The notes beneath the pieces are model-generated. The model did no database searches. It was not told where the DNA came from and saw nothing but the letters and a program-made list of their open reading frames with translations. Positions 11,698 to 22,640 of a DNA stretch of 64,000 nt are shown one piece after another (positions within the stretch are counted from its first letter, which is position 1; each line of letters begins with the position of its first letter). The stretch is from Octopus vulgaris. Lineage: Eukaryota. A program made the translations under genes and the position numbers. The DNA lies in assembly GCA_951406725.2 (NCBI GenBank), contig OX597820.1:4216001-4280000 (forward strand). The letters are read 5' to 3'.

Positions 11698-12594
11698 ATG
11701 GCAAGAAACTGGTCTGCGAGAGAGGTGCAATTGTTCGTCCGCGCTTGGAAGATCGCTGAGGACGACTCGCCGAACGAAATTATTGCTGCGGCGCTGAAAA
11801 GCAACAATTTTTCGAGAACCACCGCCCAGATAGAGCGAAAGAAGAGAGAAGTTATCCGTTCGTACGCTCTAATCAGGCAACATGTGGACACCCTGGACAT
11901 CATCCTGGGAGGTGACGGCAGCAGGGAGGGCCAAAAGGATGAGGAAAGCATCCAGAGCCAAATGGAGAAGCCTGGAACACAGGGAAACGATGACACATGT
12001 CCAGCTTCCAACACCACAACTGAAGACCAAAGAGGTGCGATGGCCGCAAGAAAGGAAAGGCACCCTGGAATTGATGGGAAGCAGGAGGTAAAGGGTGACA
12101 GAATCAAGGCTAAAGGAAGCCCTGTCCAGAGAAAGCAGAGGGACCCCAGCAAAAACTGTAAGGGCAGGGAAAGAAACACCTGCAAATTCTACCTGAGGGG
12201 GGACTGCTGGTACGGCGTTGAAGGTGCAAACTGTCGCTTTGCACATCGGAGGCCCTACCAAAACCGCACGGACGCGAGACAGAGGTCCCTCCCTCAGGGA
12301 GAACAAAAACAAAAAGTTAAAAGAAGGGAAAAAAGCGCACTGACCACTACTGAAAGACGGTATGCAGATGTGGTGCGCGGAAACCCAACAGGTGGCCAGC
12401 TTCACCCAGATGTGAGAAGGGCGGCAGCTGAACAGCAGTCTTTTTTGTGCATGGCACAAAAAATTGTTCAGCAGCTGACCTGGCTACAAGCACAAAGCTG
12501 GAACTACCACCACATAAGGCCACCTCCAACAGATGCAGGATGGCCACCACAGACACCAACACCAACACACACACCACAAAAATATTTCTACTGA
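11698..12594 (+). CDS. LINE ORF1 protein (298 aa): Myb/SANT-trihelix-like N-terminus plus CCCH zinc finger
   Basis: N-terminus WSAREVQLFVRAW...IIAAALKSNNFSRTTAQIERKKREVIRSY fits the Myb/SANT-like pattern W.xxE...L+..W..IA..L.....RT..Q...K...+...Y. The finger is CKFYLRGDCWYGVEGANCRFAH (C-x7-C-x8-C-x3-H). Confidence 0.8.
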   Translation: MARNWSAREVQLFVRAWKIAEDDSPNEIIAAALKSNNFSRTTAQIERKKREVIRSYALIRQHVDTLDIILGGDGSREGQKDEESIQSQMEKPGTQGNDDTCPASNTTTEDQRGAMAARKERHPGIDGKQEVKGDRIKAKGSPVQRKQRDPSKNCKGRERNTCKFYLRGDCWYGVEGANCRFAHRRPYQNRTDARQRSLPQGEQKQKVKRREKSALTTTERRYADVVRGNPTGGQLHPDVRRAAAEQQSFLCMAQKIVQQLTWLQAQSWNYHHIRPPPTDAGWPPQTPTPTHTPQKYFY

Positions 12595-15551
12595 ATGTAG
12601 GAGGGCTGCTGCGCGGAAACTGTAAAAAGAAAATTTCATTCCTGAGAGACCTTGTGACATGCAATCAAGCTATATGCATGGCACTCACAGAAACGCATCT
12701 TGAACCCGATATAGGTGATGCAGAAATACACATGCCGCAATATGCAGTCATACGCACAGATAGAAAAGGGAGGAGCCATGGTGGAGTTGCAATGTACATC
12801 CGAGATGACCTCACGCCCCAGGTCCTGCTGTCATATTCAAACTCAGTATGTGAAACTCAAATTGTACACATAAGACAACTGAATATCGTCATATGCACTA
12901 CATATCGCCCACCAGACGCCCCAAAACACTCAGGCATGTTTGAAGACTGCCTAACAAAAATAGGAGAAGTCCTCACCAACCTTGAACAGCACAACAGTGT
13001 ATTCTTCATGGGTGACTTTAACCTCCCCAATGTGGAATGGCCTGGGGGGCAGATGCTCCCAGGGATGACACACCATCAGCAGGCACAGGTGGAGTCCCTG
13101 CTCCATCTCACAAATACCTCTTTCATGGAGCAAATAGTTCTGCAACCAACAAGGGCAGATAATATACTGGATCTCTGCTTTACAAACAATATGGATATTA
13201 TCCATAATGTTAATGTGATGCCGACAATGATCTCGGATCACAACATAATAGAGCTGTCTACGTATGGAACAAAAGCCCCCGCAGACACACAGCCTATACG
13301 AAGCACCCACCATCTCTCCAACTTAAACTTTCATAAAGCCAACTGGAAGTCGATTGAGAAAGAGATCCTCAAACAGGATTGGCCTGAATGTCTCTCCACA
13401 CCGGACATAAACATGAAACACAAACACTTCATGTCCATAATACAAGCCATATGTGACAAATATGTCCCAATGTGCAGGGCCAGCACACACAAGAATAAAA
13501 ACAGGATCCCTAGAGAAAGGAGGATTCTTATGAGACGACGGACAAGGATTGCAAACCGCCTGAGCAAGCACACCAAAAGTGGTGAGAAGTCTCGGCTCGA
13601 AAGAATGCTAATGGAAACTGAGAAAAGTCTACATCAGTCCCATGAAAAGGAGAGAGCAGATAAAGAAGCTTGGGTAATAGAAAATATAAAATCAAACCCT
13701 AAAGCTTTCTTTAAGTTTGCCAAAGAGACAGCCACAGTGCACCAGAGAATAGGACCTCTCTTCCAAAAAGATGGCTCTCTCACAGGAAATCCCACGAGGA
13801 TAAGTGAAATACTGAACGAACAGTTCCAAAGTGTATTCACTACACCTCTAGGACACAGGCAAGTAAACAACCCAGAAGAATTCTTTGCCACTTTACCAGC
13901 GGCCAAAGAGACAAAAATTGAGTACATCAACATCGAAGAAGATGATATCACACTAGCCATTGATGAGATTGACACAAACTCAGCTGCTGGACCTGATGGA
14001 TTCCCAGCGATCCTTCTCAAATCGTGCAAACGAGCCCTTGCAAAACCGCTACAGCTTCTTTTTCAGAGCTTTCTTGCAAGTGGTAAGCTCCCAGTCAAAC
14101 TGAAAGAGGGGGTAATATGCCCTATCCATAAGGGAGGTAGCAGAGCAGATGCTAAAAATTATAGGCCTATCTCTCTGACCTCACACATCAGCAAAGTCAT
14201 GGAACGAATAGTCCGTAAGAAACTAATCATGTTCCTTGAAGAAAATGACTTACTGTCTGACACCCAGCATGGATTTCGACCAGGTAGAGGCTGCCTAACA
14301 CAGCTCCTGCAACACTATGACTGGGTGTTGAAACAGCTACTAAATGGCTCAAATGTGGATGTAATATATCTTGACTTTGCAAAAGCCTTTGATAAAGTCG
14401 ACCATGGTATGATCTGTCACAAACTGCGTGGTCTCGGCATAGGCGGGAAACTTGGAGAGTGGCTGCACAACTTCCTAAAAGACAGAAAACAGGCAGTTGT
14501 GAGCAATGGAGCCACCTCCAGGGAAACGCAAATAACAAGCGGTGTCCCACAGGGCACTGTCTTGGGGCCACTGATGTTCATAGTGGCCCTTTCAGACATG
14601 CCTTCAGTTGCTACGATGACCACCCTTGCTAGCTATGCAGATGACACAAAGGTCTCCCACGCAATACAGAACCCTGAAAATATTGCGCATCTGCAACATG
14701 AGCTGGACACAATATACAGGTGGGCTGAGGACAACAACATGCAGTTTAATGCAGGTAAGTTCCAGGCCCTGCGCTACTGGCACACAAAGGTAAATGACGT
14801 GAAGACTGGATACACTGGCCCAGGAAGAATTGCAATCCCTGAGTCAAAATCAGTGCGTGACCTGGGCATTGACATGAGCAATGATGCATCTTTCCAAATG
14901 CATATTGCTAATCTGGTGATAAAATGCAGACGGCTAGCTGGATGGATTCTCCGAACTTTCAGAACAAGAGAGAAGGAGACACTGATGGTCCTATGGAAAA
15001 CATTTGTCCTCAGCCGCTTGGACTACTGCTCCCAACTTTGGTCACCACACAATATAAAACAAACAGCAGAACTCGAAGCAACTCAGAGAAGCTACACAAA
15101 GAAAATCGTCTCAATGCAAAATGTCAGCTACTGGGAAAGACTGAAGGTATTAAACCTCTTCTCCCTGGAGCGGAGGCGGGAGAGATATGCAGTAATATAC
15201 ATCTGGAAAATCCTGGAGGGTCTTGTCCCAAACTTTGGCATTCAAAGTTACTCCAACCGCAGAACGGGGCGCCGCTGCGTGGTGCCAAGGATTCCAACAT
15301 CACCATCAAAATACAGGTCCAGATACTGCAACAGCTTGGGTTTCAGAGGACCACAGCTTTTCAACATCCTCCCTAAATGCCTGAGAGACTTACATGGTGT
15401 GGATGTGGGTTTCTTTAAAACTAAACTGGATCTCTTCTTGTTGGGAGTCCCAGATGAACCTACCTCACGACAGGAGACACGGATGCGGGCAGCAGCATCG
15501 AACTCCCTTGTTGATCAAGTGCCACGTATCAGAGGTGGATTCACAAACTAG
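12540..15551 (+). CDS. LINE ORF2: APE endonuclease plus reverse transcriptase (first ATG at 12540; frame open from 12432)
   Basis: APE motifs LLNVGGL, LTETHL, YRPP, GDFN, ILDL, SDH. RT motifs NYRPISLTS, QHGFR, YLDFAKAFD, GVPQGTVLGP, YADD. CR1-type C-terminus YWERLK.L.LFSLERRRER. No stops or frameshifts. Confidence 0.95.
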   Translation: MATTDTNTNTHTTKIFLLNVGGLLRGNCKKKISFLRDLVTCNQAICMALTETHLEPDIGDAEIHMPQYAVIRTDRKGRSHGGVAMYIRDDLTPQVLLSYSNSVCETQIVHIRQLNIVICTTYRPPDAPKHSGMFEDCLTKIGEVLTNLEQHNSVFFMGDFNLPNVEWPGGQMLPGMTHHQQAQVESLLHLTNTSFMEQIVLQPTRADNILDLCFTNNMDIIHNVNVMPTMISDHNIIELSTYGTKAPADTQPIRSTHHLSNLNFHKANWKSIEKEILKQDWPECLSTPDINMKHKHFMSIIQAICDKYVPMCRASTHKNKNRIPRERRILMRRRTRIANRLSKHTKSGEKSRLERMLMETEKSLHQSHEKERADKEAWVIENIKSNPKAFFKFAKETATVHQRIGPLFQKDGSLTGNPTRISEILNEQFQSVFTTPLGHRQVNNPEEFFATLPAAKETKIEYINIEEDDITLAIDEIDTNSAAGPDGFPAILLKSCKRALAKPLQLLFQSFLASGKLPVKLKEGVICPIHKGGSRADAKNYRPISLTSHISKVMERIVRKKLIMFLEENDLLSDTQHGFRPGRGCLTQLLQHYDWVLKQLLNGSNVDVIYLDFAKAFDKVDHGMICHKLRGLGIGGKLGEWLHNFLKDRKQAVVSNGATSRETQITSGVPQGTVLGPLMFIVALSDMPSVATMTTLASYADDTKVSHAIQNPENIAHLQHELDTIYRWAEDNNMQFNAGKFQALRYWHTKVNDVKTGYTGPGRIAIPESKSVRDLGIDMSNDASFQMHIANLVIKCRRLAGWILRTFRTREKETLMVLWKTFVLSRLDYCSQLWSPHNIKQTAELEATQRSYTKKIVSMQNVSYWERLKVLNLFSLERRRERYAVIYIWKILEGLVPNFGIQSYSNRRTGRRCVVPRIPTSPSKYRSRYCNSLGFRGPQLFNILPKCLRDLHGVDVGFFKTKLDLFLLGVPDEPTSRQETRMRAAASNSLVDQVPRIRGGFTN

Positions 15552-15634
15552 TGTGGCTCATTCAGCGGTGGTGCCCCAGCATGGCCCGCGGCCTTCGAGC
15601 TAAAACATTTTTATGGATTTTAAGGATTTAAGGA

Positions 15635-15791
15635 TATATATACATACATATATATATACATACATATATATATACATACATATATATATACATACATACA
15701 TATATACATACATACATATATACATACATATATACATACATACATATATACATATATATATACATACATACATATATACATACATACATAT

Positions 15792-15824
<33 letters not shown>

Positions 15825-15945
15825 TACATATATATACATACATATACATACATACATACATATACATACATACATACATATATACATATATATATATACA
15901 TACCTATATATACATACGCACACATATATGTATGTATATATGTAC

Positions 15946-15976
<31 letters not shown>

Positions 15977-16025
15977 CACACATATATATCCATATATACA
16001 TCTACATATATATATATATATATAT
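15635..16025. repeat. Compound (TA)n/(TACA)n microsatellite, 3' flank of the LINE
   Basis: Directly visible; same unit composition and orientation as 9978-10572. Confidence 0.97.
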
Positions 16026-16465
16026 GATGATGATGATGACATTCACACACACACACGTATGTACACATCATCTATATCTATATATATGTGTGTGTGTGTG
16101 TGTATCATCTGAATGTGTCATTTGTAGGAGGATTACCTGCACTCATTGTCCCCCTTTCCATTCAACGTAGGAGAGAGATCTGCAAACAGCTCAGATAGTA
16201 AAGTTCTCCTATTTAGAAGGTGTTTATTTATATATCAGACTGGAAATAGCAATAAAGGCCATTGCTCGAATAGAGAGAGAGAGAGAGAGGGAGAGAATGG
16301 GGAGAGGTGGAGAAAGGAGAGAGAGAATGGGGAGAGGTGGAGAGATATGGAGGAGGAAGGAGAGAGAGAACGTGAGCGAGAAGCGAGGGATTGGTGAAGA
16401 AACTAAGAAGGCTCACAGTCAATAGAATACGTATGAACAGAGTGTGTGTGTGTGTGTGCGTGTGC

Positions 16466-16496
<31 letters not shown>

Positions 16497-18099
16497 ATAA
16501 GGTGGTCAAACTGGATAAACGAGTGTTGGAGTTAGAGAGTCCAGTATCTGTAGTGTCTGGCTTAAACTGGTGTTACCTGGGAGATTAGTTCAGGTATGAA
16601 GTACCCAGCCTGTGTTACCTGGGAGATCTTAGTTCCGGTATAAAGATCTCATCACCAGGGAGATGGTTCACATGTCTGCTCTCTTGTTGTTGTTTTTTTC
16701 TTTTTTTAATCATTTTAGTCACTAGACAACGGTCATGCTGGGGCACTGCCTTGAAAACAAACTGACCTGCATACTTAGATGTATTTTTTTAAGTCTGGTA
16801 ATAATCCTATTGATCTCTTTTGCCAAACTGCTAAGTTAAGGGAATGTAAACAAACTAACACCAGTTGACAAGCAGTGGGGTAGGAGCAAACACAGACACA
16901 CAAATGGGTTTCCATGGAGCTTCCATTTACCAAATTCACTCACAAGACTTTGCTTGGCCCAGGGCTAAAGCATGAGACACTTGCCCAAAGTGGGACTGAA
17001 CCTGCAAACAGGTAGTTTCAAAGCCATTTTACTAACACCACAGTTTTCACTTCTTCAACTACAACACATTCAACAAATCACTGAATTTCCTTCCCTAAAG
17101 TCAGAGATTCCAATATGACTCTTGCCTTCATTCTTTTACTCTTGTCCTTGTTTCAGTCCTTTGACTGTGGCCATGCTGGGGCACCACACTGAAGAATTCT
17201 AGTCAAACAAATTGAGCCCCTAATACTTATGTTCTTTTTAAACCCTGATATTTATTCCATTGGTTTCTCTTGCCGACCTGCTAAGTTACAGGGACATAAA
17301 CACACCAACACACACACATATATGTGTACATGACAGGCTTCTTTCAGTTTCCGTCCACCAAATTCACTCACAAGGGTTTTGGTCGAGTGCCACACAGTGG
17401 AACTGAACCTAGAACAAAGTGGTTGAGAAACACACTTCTTACCAAGGGAGTACAAATGAGACGAAACCCTTACACATCATCACAATCATCAACATCACTA
17501 CTGTTGACTGGACATAGTTGCTGGAAATAGCAGCCAAATTTTAAAAAATAACATCCTACTGTCTTAAACCAAGAAACCCAAGATAACATAGCTGTAAATC
17601 AACCTAAAGTGATGGGATGGTCATGGCTGGAATATCTGATCCCGGATATGTTTGACATAGTATTTAGATGATAAGGTGGTGGCAGTGATAGTGGAGATGA
17701 GTCAGTGCAAATAACATACAGTGTATATTTGGGAAAGTGTGGTAGTAATAGTCATAGAGGACATTAGACATATAGGTAGACGCACAGACACATCATCATC
17801 ATCATCATCATCGTCATCAGTTAATGTTCATTTTTCCTTGCTGGCATGGGTTGGACAGAATTTGTTGAGGCTGATTTTCTATGGCTGGATGTCCTTCCTG
17901 TCACCAACCTTCACCAAGCAAGGCAATATTTCCCCGTGCTTAGACACTTTTCACTGGAAGACTGCAAACGACCAACACTGCCTGTATGGCAGTGGTGTTC
18001 GTTTACAACCATCACATGATGCCAACACTTGGATACACACACACACACAATGTAATCTAGACACATTTCTTTTCTCTCTTTGTTTTCTGTAGAAGAGCA

Positions 18100-18390
18100 T
18101 TATTTCCCTTCATCAGCAAAGTTATTCTGTGCTGATGAAGGGAAATAGCCCAGAAATCACAATACACAGATATTGTTTTGAGCTGAGTGGGGGTGCTAGA
18201 TTCCCGTGTTCGAAAATGTAAGGACACACAGATCGTGTCATATAACCAGCTGGAGACGATATCTCCTGGGATTAAATTACAGCAACATTCATCCAGGACT
18301 GCCATGTTATATTGGCGAATAATCTTTACTCCAAAGTACTGTTGCTGAATATTTCTTGTCGTGAGATTAGAAAATAGTAATTTTCTAAAA
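18100..18390 (+). mobile_element. PLE pseudo-LTR-like repeat with hammerhead (18126-18170) and short inverted 5' segment
   Basis: Homologous to 54960-55170 and 59851-60100. 18100-18117 is the reverse complement of 18130-18147. Confidence 0.65.
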
Positions 18391-18391
18391 A

Positions 18392-18937
18392 TGCTGTAGA
18401 CGAACTTGACCAAATGGCAAGGCTTTATCCAGTCAAAGGCAAGCAGTAGACAATGGCCAACATGCATTCTTTAAATAATATTTTGGACGTTATAAACAGC
18501 TGCACAGTATACACAAGAGTTTTCATTTCAGTCCTTCGTTGACAGGAATATATTCAAAAATTTGCTGAAGAACTTTGTGCTGCTTCACCTCATAGTCACT
18601 CATGGATAATTAAATGCCCATCTACCTCTAGAAATAACGTGAAAACAAAATGCCAAAACAGAACCACAGAAATGTGTGGAGTCTGTAAAAAACTGTCGGA
18701 GGCAAATGTGCACCAAAACATCGCAAGGAATGTCTGGAATTACAATAAATTCTTTTTTGTTTTGTAAGGATTTCTTTCAAAATATCAAACCTTTGTGACT
18801 AATAGCATCATGAAGTCATAGAATTCAATAGATTTATACATTTAATAAAGGTCTTCTACCTCTCTCCTTTTCTTTCATTTTCCTTTCAAATTGAAAAACA
18901 TCTTTGCATCAATTGACGCATTCTGGTCCTTAAAGGT
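18392..18937 (+). pseudogene. piggyBac transposase C-terminal relic with right end
   Basis: AVDELDQMARLYPVKG / SSRQWP (piggyBac GVD..DQM...Y....SRRWP pattern), a Cys-rich C-terminus (KCQNRTTEMCGVCKK), and a degenerate ...ccttaaagg terminus. Confidence 0.7.
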
Positions 18938-19628
18938 GGGTGAAAAGCCTTCTAGTGTTAAGTTTCTATCAAATCCATTCATAAGGCTTTGCTCAACCTG
19001 GGGCTATAGTAGAAGACACTTGCCCAAGGTGCCACACAGTGGGACTGAACCCAGAACCATGTGGTTGGGAAGCAAGCTACTTATCACACAGCCACTCCTG
19101 CGTCTATGGTCATTTTAAAAAAAGAAATCACAACACTTGGATTTCATTCATCAAAAAACATCTCCACTCATTTTCTAAGATATGGTTATATGCTTAGACT
19201 GTGCTTCACTGATGAGGTTTAATAAGACTGAAATATGCATAAAGTTATCCTTAAACCCACCCACTCCCCTCACTACATTCATTCTGAACTAATTTTTTTA
19301 TCATTTTAAATTACGGGATTGTCCACTCTACCTCTCTTGATTCAGTGTATTGATCTTTAGTGATTGATTAGCCGAGTTATATGTATTACGGGCAGTAAAA
19401 CACCTTTGGAATCTTATTTTCCATTTTGGCATAAAACATGTCAATTAATGGCAAATATAAGAAGGAGAAGGCGGATGAAAGTTGGTGTTCTTTATGGTGA
19501 GGCTCTCATTTAAATATATTTGTGTCATGTCTGGTGATAGGGTCAGGGATAGGGAACAGAATAAAGGGGCCACATCCAAAAACAAAATAAAATATTGACC
19601 AAAGAAAAGAAAAAAAAAGAGTTCTTAC

Positions 19629-19816
19629 TTCGACAAATACATAGCCAGAGAGAAACATCATAAATATATTGTAGACGACTAAAATTTTCCTTATTTCAAA
19701 TGGCTTCCGTTTGGTCATTATACCAATTCCAAACTTAACAGAAGAAACATAGAAGACACACAAGAATAATGCGGGCCAAGGGGTTGCCATCATGAACCAG
19801 TCAGCAACTCTTGGAT
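19629..19816 (-). CDS. ELOVL1/7: ELOVL1/7-like fatty acid elongase, internal exon (188 bp; DPRVADWFMMATPWP...RKPFEIRKILVVYNIFMMFLSGYVFVE)
   Basis: Translation matches the ELO-family N-terminal block (DPRV..W.+M..P.P; RKPF..+...YN). Acceptor is tttctttttttccag and donor is GAA|gtaaga. The exon starts in phase 1 and ends in phase 0. Confidence 0.9.
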
Positions 19817-22089
19817 CTGGAAAAAAGAAAAACAACATAAGTCTTTTTTTGACACAGAAAATTCCTGAAACAATAATTAGAGATGGGAAGAAGGTGATTA
19901 CTCTTGATTAAAGGAATAATATACCTGTCAACAACTGGTACCTATTTTATTGAGACCCCTACATCATACACGTCCCCCACTTCATTGAACCCTTTCCCTC
20001 AGGTAAATTCTTAGTTGAAACAAAGTTAAAGTTTACTATGGTGTGTTTTAATAAACATTAGTATTACATGGCATTAATTAGTAAATATTCCATTTGTTCA
20101 TTTTAAATTTCTATGCAAGCATCGGTTGGACAGACAAATTTAAGGCAGTATTTTATGGTCAGTTGACCTTCCAGTTACTTACAAGGAAGGAAGGATTTTT
20201 AAAAAAAAGTTCTATTGATGTTCAAAATTACTCTTACAAGATGTCTTGTAGAAAAAAAATGTAGACATGACATCACTTCTTCAGACAGTGTTACATGAAG
20301 ACATGGACTGTCAATACACACACACAACCATCAAGCCTCCACACAGTTTCTACCTATCAATTATCCATTCCTAAGGCAGTGTTCAACCCAAGCCACTCAC
20401 CCAAGATGCCACAGAGTGGAAAAGAGCCCAAAGCCATGCTGTTGTGAAATTAACTCTGTATCTACTCTGCTATGCACACACACACACACACAATGAACTT
20501 CTGTACAGTTTCCATCTACCAAACTCCAGCAACAAGACATAAAGTGAACCTAAGGCTTTGGCTTTGGTAGGCGACACCTACCCAAGGTACTGCATAGCAG
20601 GATCAAATCTAGAACCACGCGGTTGCAAATCAAATGTCTTAACCAAACAGCAATGCCAATAAATAAAGTATTTTTACGTCAGAATAACGATGCCAATAAT
20701 TTGAGCCAACTTTTAACTTTTTATTTTCAACATCAATTTTAGCTGGAAATATAAACTCATTAGTTTAAAAGCTGTTCAATATTTCTGTCACACTTCATCA
20801 ACATCTTTGTTATTTACAATGTCCTCCTCACCGTCTCCGACATATATTAGTATCTAAATTAAGAACTGAAGAAAATAGAGAACAATGAACATATTGAAGT
20901 AACAAACCATCATTAGCCACATGTTACTTCAATTATGGAGAAATGGCATGACAAGGGTTCATTACAGCAAAAAGTGAATACATGCTGGTCTTGTTTGAAC
21001 AATTACTTCAGAAATACAGACATTCTTTTCTTTAAACATCAGTGTAATAGAGCATTGACAGTAAGATCATAAAGTTTTCCTTTGGAGCAAAAGTGAGCTT
21101 TATAGTGTTACCAGACATTTTAATGTGTTCAGTGGAGCAATATTAACAGCAATTTATTGAAAGAGTAGAAAACTTTTAAACAGACAAGATGTTGAATTTT
21201 TATTTCTACAACAGTAGGGCAATAAACTCGTTAACAATATTGGGAGACTGACCTAATTTTATTATAGATCTTGTATGACGAACACTTAGGGTTGAGTGCG
21301 ATAAGTCTGAGACACACAGACACACACACCCACACAGACACTCATGTTGACATAGGAATGAAATTGTACTGAAAAACAGCAACTGTCTTTATTAAAGATG
21401 GTACATAAAAAATGGGTTGATTTGTATGGAAAAAACTTTACTAAAATCTGTGAATAAAATGTTTATTAATGCCAGACTATCCAGAAATTAAACAGAAAAG
21501 AAATAGACTCCATGTATTTACAGAGTGTAGTGGGTGCTTTTTTTACAGGCTGGTGTCATGTAAAAAGCATACAGTACACTTTGTAAAGTGGTTGGCGTTT
21601 GGAAGGGCATGCAGCTGTAGAAATCTTGCCAAGCAGACAGTTGGTGCCTGGTGCTGCTCTCTGGTTTACCAGTTCCTGTCAAACCAGCCAACTCAAAAAT
21701 TTTAAGACAAGTTGCAGACGCTTTCTGAGAAAACACCCTTAAAAACTGCACTCCAAAAAGACTGCAGACTCTCCGTTTGATGTTTTCATAATAGATCTAA
21801 AGACTTTTAGAGTTTAACAAATATTTAAAGATCGTGTCAGGTAGAGATATGTCTAACAATAAAACTATGTAACAAGATCTGAAACATTAGATAAGTAAAT
21901 AAGATGAAACCTGTGATAATGGACAGATATATAAAAGCAACATTTTCAATTTATTATTTACTTTATTTTTTCTTTTGACTTATTTCAGAAAATTTTCTAG
22001 AAGACAGCTTAAGCAATAAACAGTATCTTCTTAAATGTTTGACAAATTTCAGCAGCTCCATATCTATGGAAATATATTGTTTTTTACCA

Positions 22090-22331
22090 TGCTGGTGGCA
22101 TGTAAAAAGCATCAATCGATCGTGGCTGTTGCCAGCCTCCCCTGGCACCTGTGCCGGTGGCATGTAAAAAGCACCCACTACACTCACGGAGTGGTTGGCG
22201 TTAGGAAAGGCATCCAGCTGTAGAAACACTGCCAGATCAGACTGGAGCCTGGTGCAGCCTCCTGGCTTCCCAGACCCCGGTCGAACCGTCCAACCCATGC
22301 CGGCATGGAAAACGGGTGTTAAACGATGATG
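22090..22331 (+). mobile_element. RTE LINE 3' end fragment (further copies at 25007-25300 -, 34203-34433 +, 46180-46358 +, 57684-57880 -, 59388-59525 +, 61086-61365 -, 63805-63960 -)
   Basis: Shared core ctacagctggatgcccttcctaacgccaaccac and (GAT)n tail. Confidence 0.82.
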
Positions 22332-22423
22332 AACACTTGTGTGCAGAGGGAGAGAGAGAGTTTCGTTACAACCCAGTGAATCTCTTCCTTTAACTATTCC
22401 CAACACAGTTATTACAAACATCT

Positions 22424-22640
22424 AACCCTTTTGCATTTAAACCAGTCCAAATATTGTATTTGTTTTATGTTCAAACCAGCCAGGTCCAACCTCTCACACC
22501 TATCCTGCAATGTCATTCTAAATATAAACAATTAGAATGTTGAAATCTTGAAATTCTGAGACAATGCCTGATTAACTGCAACACAAAGGGAATAAATAAA
22601 ATAATTACGTCTGATAGAGCGATCTGAATGTGAAAGGCTT
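22424..22640. mobile_element. Degenerate piggyBac-type MITE (second family; another copy at ~44512-44685)
   Basis: Ends resemble (T)TAACCCTTT.GCATT ... AATG..AAAGG. The internal sequence ctctcacacc..ccTgcaatgtcat is shared with the 44512 copy. Confidence 0.5.

Larger units (their letters stand above)
10573..15634 (+). mobile_element. Apparently full-length, intact CR1-group non-LTR retrotransposon (5'UTR, ORF1, ORF2, short 3'UTR with GGATTT(T)AA tail repeats)
   Basis: Two uninterrupted ORFs. The 5'UTR has a duplicated ~175-bp monomer and a pyrimidine tract. The 3' end reads atggattttaaggatttaaggat. Both sides are flanked by the same microsatellite. Confidence 0.9.

Noticed and set aside
19204-19245. 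Hammerhead-like CTGATGA...GAAA (similar decayed motifs at ~57598, ~27125, ~28425)
   Set aside because: Stem I and/or the core are too degraded to support a call.
20832-20853. Candidate upstream ELOVL mini-exon (ag|ATACTAATATATGTCGGAGACG|gtgagg on the minus strand)
   Set aside because: Phase-compatible, but there is no ELOVL similarity or in-frame start; likely chance.
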